A stretch of DNA of 64,000 nt from Enoplolaimus lenunculus (lineage: Eukaryota). The translations under genes and the position numbers were made by a program. The notes beneath the pieces are model-generated. The model had not been told where the DNA came from. It worked only from the letters and a program-made list of their open reading frames with translations, and ran no database searches. Below, one piece after another: positions 1 through 13,430 of this stretch (position 1 is its first letter; the number at the start of each line of letters is the position of its first letter). The stretch lies in contig JASANG010001649.1 of the NCBI GenBank assembly GCA_030248215.1, positions 372,001-436,000 of the forward strand, given 5' to 3'.

Positions 1-492
1 TCACCGGTGCCCTCAATGTGTGTCCCTCTTTAGTTACAACTCAAACATATAGACACGCTGTAGGAGAGCTAAGAACACATATGTAAATGTTCTTAAGAGA
101 AAGTGCAATAAAGTACCAAGATGAACTTTGAATTGAAATACTTTCTAATAGTACTTTCGGGGATCGAACGTTTTTCGAGGATTCCAATAGAGTAGGCTTA
201 AGCTTTCGACTAATTTTTTGTTTAGGCATGCGCTTATGCCTATAGGCGTATATAGGCTTATCGTTGCGCTGAAGCTTAGTCGTAGAAATACAGTTATACG
301 ACTGTTACACACCTCAAAGTGAACAATGGCCGAAATATTTGTGCCGAACTGTCGTTGCCAAATTACAATTTATAGCGGCTTCAACGCTCTCTTGTCAATT
401 CAATTCGAAATTTACTGCCAGGCGAGAGACTACTTCTTGTCTTAGATTTTAGAACTCTGAAAACTGCATAAAAAGCGTCGAAAGTGCAATTA

Positions 493-730
493 TACTGTAA
501 ATTCCAATGAGTTAATTAATCATCTCAGACGGAAAGTTAGTTATTTCTGAACTTTAGCTCATTCCAAGTTTCGTTGATTCTTACTCTAAGTTGAGTTGAT
601 TTCGCGAAAGTTTATTAATTAAATCAGAATGAGTTGAATCAACACAGCATTCTGAGTTCTGACAGTTCTAACTCAGGCTGAGTGATTGAACTCATTCTGA
701 GTTAAAACCAACTCACTGGAACTTACAGTG
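493..730. mobile_element. TIR MITE with CACTGTAA-type ends (EnSpm/CACTA-like), TA flanks
   Basis: ta-TACTGTAAATTCCAATGAGTT ... AACTCACTGGAACTTACAGTG-ta, with many internal GAGTT/AACTC subterminal motifs. A related copy is at 61271-61675. Confidence 0.7.
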
Positions 731-1810
731 TATATTCAGACGACAAATTTTGCCTGCAACAAATTTGACATCTGCTTGACTCGAATAAAGTGCAAATTTT
801 GCAATTGATGCTTACAAGGGCTTTTGTATTTACACTAACAGAGATTAATATTTTTATTGCTAAAGTCTGGCGCTTATTTTGAGCAAATTTCAAAATTTCT
901 TTGATCAAATCATAACAAGATGAGATGACGTTAAACATTACGACAGAATGACACAACCAGATGTGTCGAAATGATTTGTTCTAAAAGATTTTTTCAAAGT
1001 TCAATAGCGGAACGAAGATATTTAAGTAAAACGTTTCAATACTTAAACGAAAATGAAAAATAGTCGGTGAAATACCGCTGTACAACGCGTACAACAGACA
1101 ATCTCGCTTTTGTTGATAAAGTTGTTGACATTACAAGGATACTCGGCCAGAGAAAATGTGTACTGATCACATAGCTAGTTAAATATTGATGGGCATGGCG
1201 GGGGGACGAGCGAAAAACGCGCGAAATAAATTTATTCAGTACAAAGACATCGAAATCGTCTTTTATGCCGTCAAATCTGTAGATATTTATTGTTAAGAAC
1301 CACACGTATGAATGCTCCGAATTTTAGAACTTTTGTGGGAACTGTATTTTTTGACCGTAGTTGAGCAAAGTAAAGTATGCTACTTTGAGTAGTGTCACGA
1401 GTCCTTGATTTAAAAAGCTGATATTGGTAGCTAAAACGTTGAGCAGCTTCACAAAATTTGACGCTGAAACGAAAACTGCTCTTGAATGGAGTTGCTGATT
1501 CAGAAATTTATCACGGGTGACCAAAGCAATACATATAAGAGCCAAAAAGCTAGCGAGCGAGAAACCAAACGCAATTTTAGTATACTAATTCTTAATGCAA
1601 TTTTTAGTTTCGATCCCTGCTGGACATACCATAACCAGGCTATTCACTCCTTTGTAGTTGAAGCCATATAATTCTGCTATCTCTCATGTTGGCTGTTTTA
1701 CGTTTTTCTCTTGCAGGTACTGATTTTATTCCCAAAAACAAGGGAATATAGATAGAATTTCATTTTGACGAAATGATACGTAACCGCGAAACACGGTAAT
1801 AACGCAACTT

Positions 1811-2038
1811 CCTGGACGCTGAAACTTTTTTGGCTTCAGTATCCTGGATACTGAACCTTTTTGGCTTCAGTGTCCCAGACACTGTAGTTTTTTGGCTTCA
1901 GTATCCTGGATACTGAACCTTTTTGGCTTCAGTGTCCCAGACACTGTAGTTTTTTTGGCTTCAGTCTCCTGGATACTGTACCTTTTTGGCTTCAGTGTCC
2001 CAGACACTGTAGTTTTTTGGGTTCAGTGTCCATCACAC
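1811..2038. repeat. 31-bp hairpin minisatellite, alternating A/B monomers
   Basis: Monomers start at 1832, 1863, 1894, 1925, 1957, 1988 and 2019. A=GGCTTCAGTATCCTGGATACTGAACCTTTTT, B=GGCTTCAGTGTCCCAGACACTGTAGTTTTTT. Confidence 0.95.
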
Positions 2039-4431
2039 TACCCTTTCCCATAAGATACCGGTAATTTGCAAGATGGTATCATAATTACTGGCAAACGCCT
2101 CCTGATAGGGATAGGACAACAAACAGAAGTTGTACTCGAGGACGTATTAATACGGACCAGCGGGACTCAGTATGGCTAAAACATTTTAACACCTCTGAAA
2201 CACTTTTAATTCCTCTTATGAGTAGTGTGAAATCAACCATATGCCCTTCCTAAACCTTGACTTGGCTCCACTAGCATATTGAGCTGGTTACGAAAATGAC
2301 TGAACTTACGCGAGCTGCCCCCACGTAAATAGAAGACAACGAAAAGTTTCAATTTCACGGCCAATACACTTAACTGCAACACCGTTTAAATAAACGAAAA
2401 TTAAAAGCGAAAATGAAAAATTCGCTAGAAACAACGAAAACACATTTACGCGAAAGTTGCGTTTTAAGAAATTGGAAAACATGGAAATTTGTGTTATACG
2501 AATCAAAATATCATAGCGGCAATAAAACGGTTATGGTGACTGCATGTCATTGTCGGTCTCAGGATTTTTGCGGGGGGGGGAGTGCGGCTTTAAGATTTTA
2601 ATTTCTATATTGTAAAAAATGCAATAAAATCGCGTTTGTTCGAAAAATTTAAGTGTTTGTGAAAAATTTCCAGGGAGTACATCCCCTGTGATCGACCGAC
2701 CCTGCTGCATGCACAAATGCATCGAATGCAATACGCGAGTGTGGCTGCGATTTCGTTGTTGATCTTAAATGGTTACCACTTCAAAGAGGCGTTGCTCAAT
2801 GGGAACCGAGATCGTACCTCAATCTTTCAAATAAGAGCACATATATCGTAACACAAGCCTTAATCTAGCACAATTTTGAATTGGGTCAATCCAAATCGGA
2901 ATTAAAATTTAAGCTACACTCTTTTTTATTGATACCCGAACCCTGTCCAATAATCCGCAGCAATTGAAGAGAGGAATTGTTGTAAAAAATTTGAAATCTG
3001 AAACTTTGATTTAGACTTTGGCTTTAGGCTCAGACTCGCTGCTATAGCGTACGGAACCGGTTTTATACACAGGGTCTCACATTAGCTTCAAATTCTGTAA
3101 CATTCAAATTCTGTAACATTTAATCAAATATCGAACAAAGTAGACAAAACTTCAAAATTTTTCAAAACAGCGCGTTGGCTGCCAATAATTGCACTTATGT
3201 TCAATAATTAAAAGTAGAAAAAATGTGTCACAAATTGCTTTCTCAATTGAAATTTGAAAATGGTACAACGATATGGTTGCATTTTGCAATCTATTAATAT
3301 TTTTTTATGATAACGCAAAAAGTTTTTACTTTATTACACGTTTTCGATGCCGCACAACCTTTTGTAAGCTGTTTTCAGAACTGAAAGACTCGCGAGCGAG
3401 AAAACAAACGCTAGCTTACAATGATAATGTAAAGTTTTGGTTTTGAATAACAATTGGCAAGGCATGTCACAGATGGGTGGACCCGGTTGGACGCGTCAGC
3501 GGGTCCAATATTTATTGTTTTTTTAAAAAAAATCCTTGTAAAAATTTATATATTTGTTTCTCATATCCATGTTTGAAGATGAAGACAGATTAAACAGTTT
3601 GCTGTTAGGTTTCTGCCCACAGTTGAAGGTTCCGTAATTTTGTGTGCAAAGATAATCTTGCACTGAAATTTACCCGAACAGAAGTTCGATAATTGTTTCA
3701 AACATTTACGGGCAATTTTAACTCGGGCGCAATTGTCGAAGTGGTTTAAAGGTTGGTTTATTCGTATCCACGCAAACACCAGTAAATTTACTGCCTACAT
3801 TTTAAGCGCCGCAACCTGAATGGGTCGTCCAGAGGAAATGAAGACCACCTGTTCATTCGGAACGAACACCTTCGCCTTCCATGGTCAAAAAATTTATTGA
3901 CAGCATTAAAGAAAACTTTATCTCACGGAAGCTTTAGTTACACCTCTATTTCAATCTTTCCGCCCTTCTGCAACTAACAATCAGGGGCGTAACAGATTCC
4001 GCTTATTGTTTTAACATCTATAGAGACTGTATATTTCTACATTTAAAATAAAATATAACTGCAGTTTTCGTCGTCCATTGAAATTTTTTAACTCAATGTC
4101 TACCAACGCTGTTGCTACAGCAACGTGGATGCATGGTTCAAACTGCAGAGCGAGTTCGGCTTGCGAATAAATTTTGAAATCATACTTCCAAGCTGTCAAC
4201 AACAATCTAGAATAACTAAAAGGTGTGGGGTTTTGGCTTCTGTTATGGAACATCACTGATTAACAGCAGTTAGGATGTTTAGGCAAAAAAGTTAAACGTA
4301 ATATACATTACTAAAAACGTTTACAATAAATAAAACGTACGTATTCTTTTCTATAACATTAGTTCAAACACGCTCGTGATAATTAATAACTAATAAGCAA
4401 TTTGGACACTGCAGTGAATTAACTGCAATCT

Positions 4432-4657
4432 AAGCCCGTATTCTCAAATGTTTGCGGCACCTATTACCGGCTGGCAATAGGTTTTGTAACCTTGGAACCA
4501 GGGAATGTTGAGGCTTGAAATTCAGCTCATTAATTGGTTTCGATTTTCTCTACTTCTGTGCAAATTTTGAGATCTACAGTTGAAGCGGTTCATTAGCTTG
4601 AAAACCTATTACTAATAACTGGTGATATGTGCTATATGCATTTGAGAATATGGGCCC
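4432..4657. mobile_element. Fold-back MITE, family with TIR GGGCCCRTATTCTCAAATGTGTRTAGCACCTATCA
   Basis: Long imperfect terminal inverted repeats; related copies near 15566, 23310, 30175, 33341, 45136, 49150 (partial) and 56421. Confidence 0.8.
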
Positions 4658-5327
4658 TAGCGTCTAAATTAATATTTAAAAACTGCATTAACAACTTCTA
4701 TTGCTAGCCGATATATAAAAACGTTTTTTCGTCTCAAAAATACTTTAACTCAAAATGGAAACATATTTCCATAAACTGCAACGAGAGAAATAAACGACAA
4801 AGAGTAAAAGGGATAAATCTCCCGCACCACTTTTTTTGACAGGCACAAAAAGACATGTACTTACCACCAGCTTAATATCCTTTTGTTCCCTAGATTACAA
4901 GATTTTTGCGACTGATGTCATATGTCCCCCGGAACAAAATCGCGGCTACGCCCCAGACTGCAGCGATTTGAAAGTCTAATACGCTCAGCGCACAAAAATT
5001 GCATATTGCGATGCTAAAATGTATTCTGGGTGCAATTCTCGTACAGATTCTGTATTTACATCAACTGTACAACACTTATATACGATAATTTGAGTGACAT
5101 TTTTTTCTATTTCCCTGTATATTGCATTTAGAAAGACAAGGGCATCTGTGTAGGCAACGTTGTTGTAAGAACAATAATTAATAGTGCAACAAATTTTTTA
5201 GCTGTGCTCGCAGTGTAGAATGTGTATACATAAGGACGTATAGAGACGACAAATAGCCCCAAACTTTTTGGAAAATTTTATAAACTGGTCATTTTAACCA
5301 GACACGAAGATTAACTCACAACCAGAC

Positions 5328-5494
5328 CAGGCCCGTAGCCAGCAACCCTTGCTAGGGTGGAGCTAAAAATTTTCAGCAGGGACATTTAAAGGTTTTCAAT
5401 GACTTACAGGCCAGGTTGAAAATCTTCTAGGAGGAGCCAAAATGTTTCCAGGAAGGCTGCACCTTTCCTGCCCCCCCCCTTGGCTACGGGACCG
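5328..5494. mobile_element. hAT-like MITE, CAGGCCCGTAGCC family
   Basis: TIR CAGGCCCGTAGCCA...TGGCTACGGGACCG and the shared internal GGTTTTCAATGACTTACA..GTTGAAAA; TSD is degenerate. Confidence 0.8.
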
Positions 5495-8400
5495 AAGCAG
5501 CATCGAAAATTTCTTCATGTTCGCTATCCATCCATGTAAAAAATTTCATTGAAGTTTATACCCGGACAAAATAAAATGAGTTCGGTGCCAAGAGAATTAT
5601 TTGGCAAACACAAATGTTGAAATTTTTGGGAAAAGTTTGCGGAATTATTTTCAACATTGGTTTAGAGCCAGTACTGGCGGCTTGAATTATTTTGCCACAG
5701 TCCACTGATTAATCCGAATCCGATGAGATATTTTAATCAAACACTGTCAACCTATACGTTTCTGCTACGCCATACAAGGGGGCGGGAGGTGACAAAATTT
5801 CACCACGTGCCATAGGCGTAGCCAAGGTTTTTTCTAAAATACTAACCTTAACCTCTAAAATAAAGGTTATTCTATCCTTCCATTCCAATGTATGAGCGTC
5901 TGGCTAGCACGCTGGAAACATTGATTTCAGCCAGAAACTTATTCGTCTACTCATCTTGTATAGTATTATTTGCTTATTATCATCCAGAAAAAGATGACGA
6001 TTGCATAATCTATAAATTCACACAAAGCAACTCGCAAAGCATCAAATTTAGCACGATCTAGAATTATACAAAATATCGGCTTTTTTATTCTACCGTATCA
6101 TAGCAACACAATTGTTTCGCATGCTTCGTCCATAGATCAGTACATTTGTATTTTTTAAATCCTATTATGCTTAATATTTTATCACTGAAAAATTTTACTA
6201 GCTCAGTAATATCTTTCGAACAATAATTCTAAATTTATATCCTATTTTACATCTCAATAAATATGACCATGGGCTTATAAAATGCGGGGAGTATGCGAAA
6301 ATTGACGACCCAAAAAAGACCAAAAAAGCACACTAAAACAGGCTTTAGAATAACGTTCTGACGCTACAATTTTCTCGTTTGCCACGCTCGCAGAAAAACT
6401 TTTACACGACGTTTTATACCGTCCCAGCATAAAATCCACAATACGCCCCTGAATATGAACAATTTTTTTTACTCAAAATATACAAAATACACTAGTTGAG
6501 AATTTATTGCGAGCAGTACAATAGAGAGCAACTATAATGGGTTGTTCAATTATATGATGCGTTTGATTTAATTACACGACCATCTGCTATCTGAGCGAAA
6601 CAAAAAATACAATAAACAGCAGATTAACAACTGACACAATTGACAATGTCCCAAAGCAATGGTAGGCAAACCGGGGCTGCGCAGGCAGAGTAAAAAAAGA
6701 GTAACAAAATATGATTTCAAGTTTAAATTGTAAATTTGGTGTGAAATATGTTTATGTTATCATTGGTTGAGGATATTTTGATTGGTCAGATCGGTTGGTA
6801 AATCGAAGGTATAATTGAGGTAAATTTGATAAAATGTCATAAAGAAGAGACCTGAAACAACAACAGAACAAACATAAACTTTGTAAGCTATCGAGTTTTA
6901 TTGGATCTGATGCGTCAAATTTAACACTAATTATTGGCACACTCAAAAATTTAAGGCGTCTATTAATGTTGTTATCGTCCTGCGTACGAAACAGTTTGCC
7001 ACACGATGCTTTAAAGCGATTCTACTAATAAATAAACATACAGCAGAGACAAATTAATTTACGCTCAAATTATAGTAGCACAATCTGAGGGGGGCGGATA
7101 TTCCCAAACCAAAATCCTGGCAATTTGCTGGGTTTCCGAAACTTTACTTAATTACAACTTAGTATTTGTACGCGCTAACTAAGTAAATTACTTAATCATT
7201 TTGTCGATTTTAAAAACGTACTAAAGTTATATAAATACTGAAGTCGCTGGCTAAGTTTGATACATTACAAACTAACCTTTTGACATGCTCACATTGGTCT
7301 AATGGAATTTGCAGACTTATGGCGCCTCATTTATGTAAAACAAATCAATTACTCAACGAAACATACCTAATTTGAAAAATCGAGTATGTTTTCAAGCATT
7401 ACACATTCCTTGAAATATCTTACATTAACCTTAATTTTGCATGACTGCACCAATTTCAGTTATGTTTGCGCTTTCAAATTAATCTACTGGAACACATTCA
7501 TCCGTTAAACCCACAAAATAGTGAACTAAAATTGGTCATATCTGGTTTAACTTCTTAGATATCATCATAGAGGTCAAGGTCGTAGACAACTGATCATACC
7601 ACGATTGGCGTCAAACATTTAAGCGAAGAATACAGAAATTTACGCTGACTTATAGAAGCAGAACTAAAACCCTGTACAAAATCGTCTAGGGGCTGCTGAA
7701 CGGAACCCCCTAAAGGCTTAATAGGTTGGCTTGACTAATATTTTGCCTATAACATGTATTGTGTACATACCTCTATCGTTGTAAAAAGCTATGCATTTTT
7801 GTTTGTAGGTCAGAAATTTGATCTTGGCAAACATTAATAAATGCATGTTGTACAACCGCAAGCGCAACACGCAGACTGAGCTCTGAAAGTTATACTCAGT
7901 TGTTTTGTAGAACAAAATAAACAAATTGTTTGGCTTAAAAAATTGATAAAGCAGTCAAAATCCTGTCTGTTTAGTGTAAATATATTGGAAATGTACACTA
8001 CCGGATCTAGAGGGGGCGGGGATTAGGCCCCCATACCTTACACTTTTTCCCTCATAAATTTTTTGTGATAAAATGATAAGGTCCCTAGCTTACAATTTTT
8101 CGCTGCCAATGACACATATATAACATATACAGTAAAAATTGAGTTTCACAATAATTGTCAGCCTGCCTCCCTCCGTCAAAAGTATCAGATTGTTAGTTGA
8201 GGGGCGTGTATAGCTGTCTTAGTATAGCAAGGAAAATTTTGCCTAACATGAAAAGGTTGGCAAAAATGTCCATAGGACGGGCAGCGTCTCCCACGAACTC
8301 TGTAGTCGTGGCCGGGCAAATATTGCTTACAGAAATGTATAGCAGATAGAAACATTATTTAAAATTAAAAAAACTTCAGTGTACAAGTAAAGCATTAAGC

Positions 8401-10943
8401 AGGAAGTTTTGAATCTGAAAATAAGTCTAATGTATCGTTCAACATGTGTGTGGTACAACGATGAGTTGCATCTTACGCCTACACAAGCAAGATAAACCAA
8501 CTAAACCAGTTATACATTAGGTCTGCTGGTTCAAAACGCTCCTGAATTTTAAACACAATTTCGTGTTATAATACGGTATGCTTTGTGCCCCTAATGCCAG
8601 CGGAGAAATACGACTTCACAAAGCTTACAAGTGCCCCTAAAAGTTTTCGAGGATGGGCCAAAAATATTCCAGGGGACGCGGACCTAAGCCTCATCTGGGT
8701 ACGAGCCCGAATCCTAGCACTTTACGATAGTTTGTTAATGCCACCGGTGGGAATTTCGGTCAAGTTTCAGTGCAAAATTAACTTTTCATACGAAACTAAT
8801 GTAATCTCGACTGGAACATAAAAATTCAAATACAAATAATATAAAACAGTTCAATATTAATATTGAATATCGGACAAATTTTTTTCCGAAAATCTTTCTT
8901 TGCCTCAAAACTTAGTATCTTATTTCTCTCTTACTCGTTTTGTCCCTAACGCATTATATAATCTGTTTATCAGGGGCCGTAGGTATTAATAATTTATCTC
9001 GCGTGGGCGTAACCTCGCTAAACGCTATTTGTAAGAGAGCCAAAAAAATTTCCATTTCAGAATCCGATGCGTTATTTGGAAGCTTGATAAAATTGCGTTT
9101 CTACCGTTTCTTCAGAAATTTCAAAAATCGATGTTATTCGTCTATTCCTCTCCTTGTATAACACCACTACTGTTTATTAAACTTTTTAAGTGAAAAATTT
9201 TCATTTTTCTTAAATTTATACTCTTTTTCTTGTCTCATTTGACCGATTAGAAACATTTTTTCCGCGATATACTTTTTGATTTCAATCTCGAAACTATACT
9301 GTGAATTTGTTAACCAAACGGCTGAGAACTAACGCAACGCTACGTCAAATCAAACGAAGATTAATGGTAAACGATGTGGAAAAATGAACAAAAATACTAT
9401 TATACAGAGTACCAATGTAGGGCTTCCAAGCTATGCATAGCCTTCTGTATAATTAAAATCTTATTTATTGCAATTACGTCATCTTTGGGTGATGCTATAA
9501 AGCCGCAAAAGTATCCCAGCAATCGTTAAGTTTAGCACAAACAGGTCTAAAGTTTGCATACCGAAGTAAGTTTAGTGAATTCCAATTTATTCCTTGTAAA
9601 ACGCTATGCATTGTATGTTTAAATTAATAATTTTTTGTTATATATAACCCCGGATACCTATTTCTGTTTGTATACATATCCGGATATTTTTAGTTATCCG
9701 GATATTCGTCACCCATTTATACCAACAACGAATACTAGCTTATAATTCTGAAATTGGTTTCGAAATTTTCTGTCAAGTAATGGATGATGCCAACAGAAGC
9801 GTCGCTAGGATGTCAGTTCGGGAGGGAATAATTTCATATACAAAAAATTTTGACCTCTAAAATCTAGGTTGTTCTAGAGTCAGTTAAAAGTGATTATTGT
9901 CTGTCAAGACCTTTCAGAATTTGATATATCACTTCTATCTCTTCCCTTATATACAGCCGTGGACGTCAAAAACAAATCCACATATTCCAAAAAATATTTT
10001 TATTCATTACCACAAGTGATATGACTATCCGGCAAGTTTTTACCCGCTAAGTACAGTCATCTCTACTCACGTTAAAAATGGTAATGTCTCATTATATTTG
10101 AAACCTCAATTCAACCATCATAATCAATAAATTTGCTTCAAAATTGAAAACATTTTTCGACGAAAATTGACTAAAATTTTGTTTTAATGTTGAATAAATT
10201 TTTTCCGCGCAGCGCGTTGACATATCTGCGATTACGGGCGCCCTTGCGTGGATTGTGCAAGTTGTGTCATAAATAGCTATCGACGCGTATATATTGCAAA
10301 CGCATTACCTATTTAGCGTCCGGAAATGAACTATAGGGCTTTGGAAAAAAATGAGTTGCAGTTGTATATAGATAGGCATGTACGTTATTAGATAGTATAC
10401 AGTATATATGTGAAATAATTTTCATTGCTAATTTATGTATTAATCTGCCGCTCAGTATAAATAAAATTGAACTGGTGAGGAAAAAAGTCGGGCAAGTTAA
10501 AAACCCACAATTTTGACCAAAAATACACCGTGTACAACTAATAGCTTTGGGTTGAAATATATGATTTAAAACTCGGCCCATGATACTTTTCAGGCCGTCC
10601 CGGTTTCTGGTTGGTCGTGAAAGAGCATGCATAGATATTAGACAACCAATTTCTTGCGTAGGCTTAGGCTTATGTTTGCATTTTTTTAGCGCTTAGACTT
10701 ATGCTTAGGTTTAGGATTATGCTAATTTACTGTTACGACCCGATAAGTAGCATTGGCCTAAATCACTGTCAATACCGGTCGATTAATAGTTGAGTCTTCA
10801 TTTATTTTTTCAAAGTTGCTCAAAAATGGTCAAATTTTGAAAAAAATTACATATTAGCATTCCTCATAACTTTTCATGAATGCTCATTTTGGCCTGTTGT
10901 TGAGATAAAGTAAATGGTTCAAAACATGGGTTCCGGTCCCCTG

Positions 10944-11219
10944 ATTGTTCTCAGTGGTTGCGGGCCGAGACTGATCGCAACTACCAATCGAACGCGAATT
11001 ACCGCGGCCAAAAATCAGAATGTATCTAATAATGTCAAACAATGATACAAACCTCACAGTGTTTAGCACTAATTACTGCCATTGTTCTCAGTGGTTGCGG
11101 GCCGAGACTGATCGCAACTACCAATCGAACGCGAATTACCGCGGCCAAAAATCAGAATGTATCTAATAATGTCAAACAATGATACAAACCTCACAGTGTT
11201 TAGCACTAATTACTGCCAT
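10944..11219. repeat. Perfect 137-bp tandem duplication
   Basis: ATTGTTCTCAGTGGTTGCGGGCCGAG...AATTACTGCC starts at both 10944 and 11081; no mismatch seen. Confidence 0.95.
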
Positions 11220-13271
11220 GCTCTCAATTGGGAGCCCTTATTAAACGTCCGCAAATATGATTACTAGTAAAATCACAGCCTCCCCTCGTTTTGAAATCAT
11301 GCCAGAGGGTCGTTGCTATATTCAGCGGTGAAAGTACAAATTATCTATTTGCGAGCATGCATTGTGAACAATATGTGCGCTATTATTTATGATTATAAAA
11401 CTTTAGACAACATGAGGGCGAACGAGAGCAAACGGAAATTCAAATTTATGATGAACTAGAAATAACTTTGCTCAAACTGTATACGCGGGAATGGTGGATG
11501 CAAAAAAATTTCAACGTATTGAATTAAAATAACATGTGCACAAACAAGCGAGGTATCCGCCTGGAAAAAAGCGCCACAACAACCCGTTTATGCGATCAAA
11601 AATCTATACATGAAGCAAAACATAGAAAAGAAAATTTTGCGGAAAAATAGTAGTCTGTCTGTAGTATCATACCGTTAGAAATCAACCCCATGTATAGATC
11701 AGGGTCAGGCCGTTTTTTTCCACGGTACTGCAATAGAGTAAGCTGAAGATTTGAACTTTTTTGCTTAGGTTTAGGAATTATACTACTGTTACTGCGTTGT
11801 GCTATTACATTGGCACAAATTGCTAACATTACATTTGTCTTCTCGCTCGCTCCGCTTTCTAGTTTTTAGCGTTATATCTGCCGCCCTAGCATATGTACCA
11901 CCCGTTTCGGGATCGTGCTGGCCCACGGTAAATTGTTATTAATACGCTGGGATAAGGATGGATATAAACGATTTAGCTTGTTAACAATATTGGATGTAAT
12001 GCTAGAAACTGATTAAATTGATAAGATAATCCATAAGCAACGCGAATGCATTCATCAACCTATTTGGTTGGGTTTGTTAAAGAATGTGTATGCCCAATCT
12101 AAGCAAACAAAGTCAAGTTGAACTTTCTGCACAGGATCATATCCAGCGTACCCTCAACCTGTAAAAAAGCGCAAAACTATTTTAGAAATAGCATGCGTGT
12201 GAAATAACAAACTTACAATACAAGTAGGTTAAAAATTTCTGGGGGAACCCAAAATATTTCGAGGGCGCTAAGCGCCCCCCTCGTTCCCCCTCTGGTTTAT
12301 TACGGCAAGTGGGATCGCGTAAATATAAGAAGCGGAACGTTTTATTTGAGACTGCCGTAGAGTAAACCTAAGCTTTAGATGATTTTGTGCTTTTTAAGCT
12401 TGGCATAATCTCATTCTTATGGTCACGTTTAGGCTTACGCTTAGAAATACGCTTATCTACATTGACTAAAGTGCTACCAATACACGTTTTAGCATGGTCG
12501 ACATGTTTCTAGCAGAAGGATTTGATTTAAGCTACTTTGTCCTACGACCACCCTCAGAAACGTTTAGCATTGAAAAAATCAATCAACATTACATTCTGGC
12601 AAAGAGCCAGCCAGCCACCAAAAATGACCATTTCAAACATCGTTTTAGGTACCAGGCACAACAAGAACTTAACAACTTCAAAACAAAAAAACTATGTCTG
12701 ATCTTCTGTAAACTTTTGCACCAAAAAATAAGTCGCCGGCCATATGCACGAACGAACACCAGCGCAGCGCCCACAACAATCGCATCAATTTTAGTCGCCA
12801 AACTGCTATTTCAGTGTGCAAAACAGTTCTAAATCGCAATAAATATACACATAGATACATATATACATATATACATGGGCATCGGCAGGTAAGTTCAAGG
12901 GGTGCAGATTCATCTCGCCCCCTGGGTTTGTTAACATTTTTATAATATACACGTATAGCATATTAATATTGCTCATGGTTTCACTATGTCAGATATCATA
13001 ATTTTGTTTCAAAGCCCCATTTGCACCCCGTCAGCTTAATATTTTGGCGGCACTCGTGCATATTATATTTAATATATATGTATATGAAATTTTTCTATAA
13101 AATAAACAGAATTGAACCCACCAACGCAAACTGCGATTGCATAAATCTTGCGTGTATTTACAGAACGTTTTAGTCTAAAATATATTAAGAGCAAAAAAAT
13201 TTCTAAAACTTTTGACACATGAATGAAAAAAAAATTATAATCACTCATAGAACATTAAATTCACTGTTGAC

Positions 13272-13430
13272 CACTAGCGGATCGAGAGTAGGTGGGGCGT
13301 ACGCTGCTCCGTCAGAAGTTTTTTGCAACGAAATGGTTAGGTACTTACCTGACAAGTTTTTCCTGCCACAAAATTTTCACATACATATAGCATACAGCCA
13401 TCCCTTCAGAAATTTCAGAATGTACTGCTG
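13272..13430. mobile_element. hAT-like MITE with 8-bp TSD
   Basis: CTGTTGAC at 13264-13271 and 13431-13438 flanks a CACTAGCGGATC... element with a degraded right TIR. Confidence 0.65.

Noticed and set aside
1811..2038. CRISPR array or bacterial terminator array (palindromic ~31-bp repeats with T tails)
   Set aside because: Units are contiguous with no unique spacers, there are no cas genes, and the context is a spliced eukaryotic genome.
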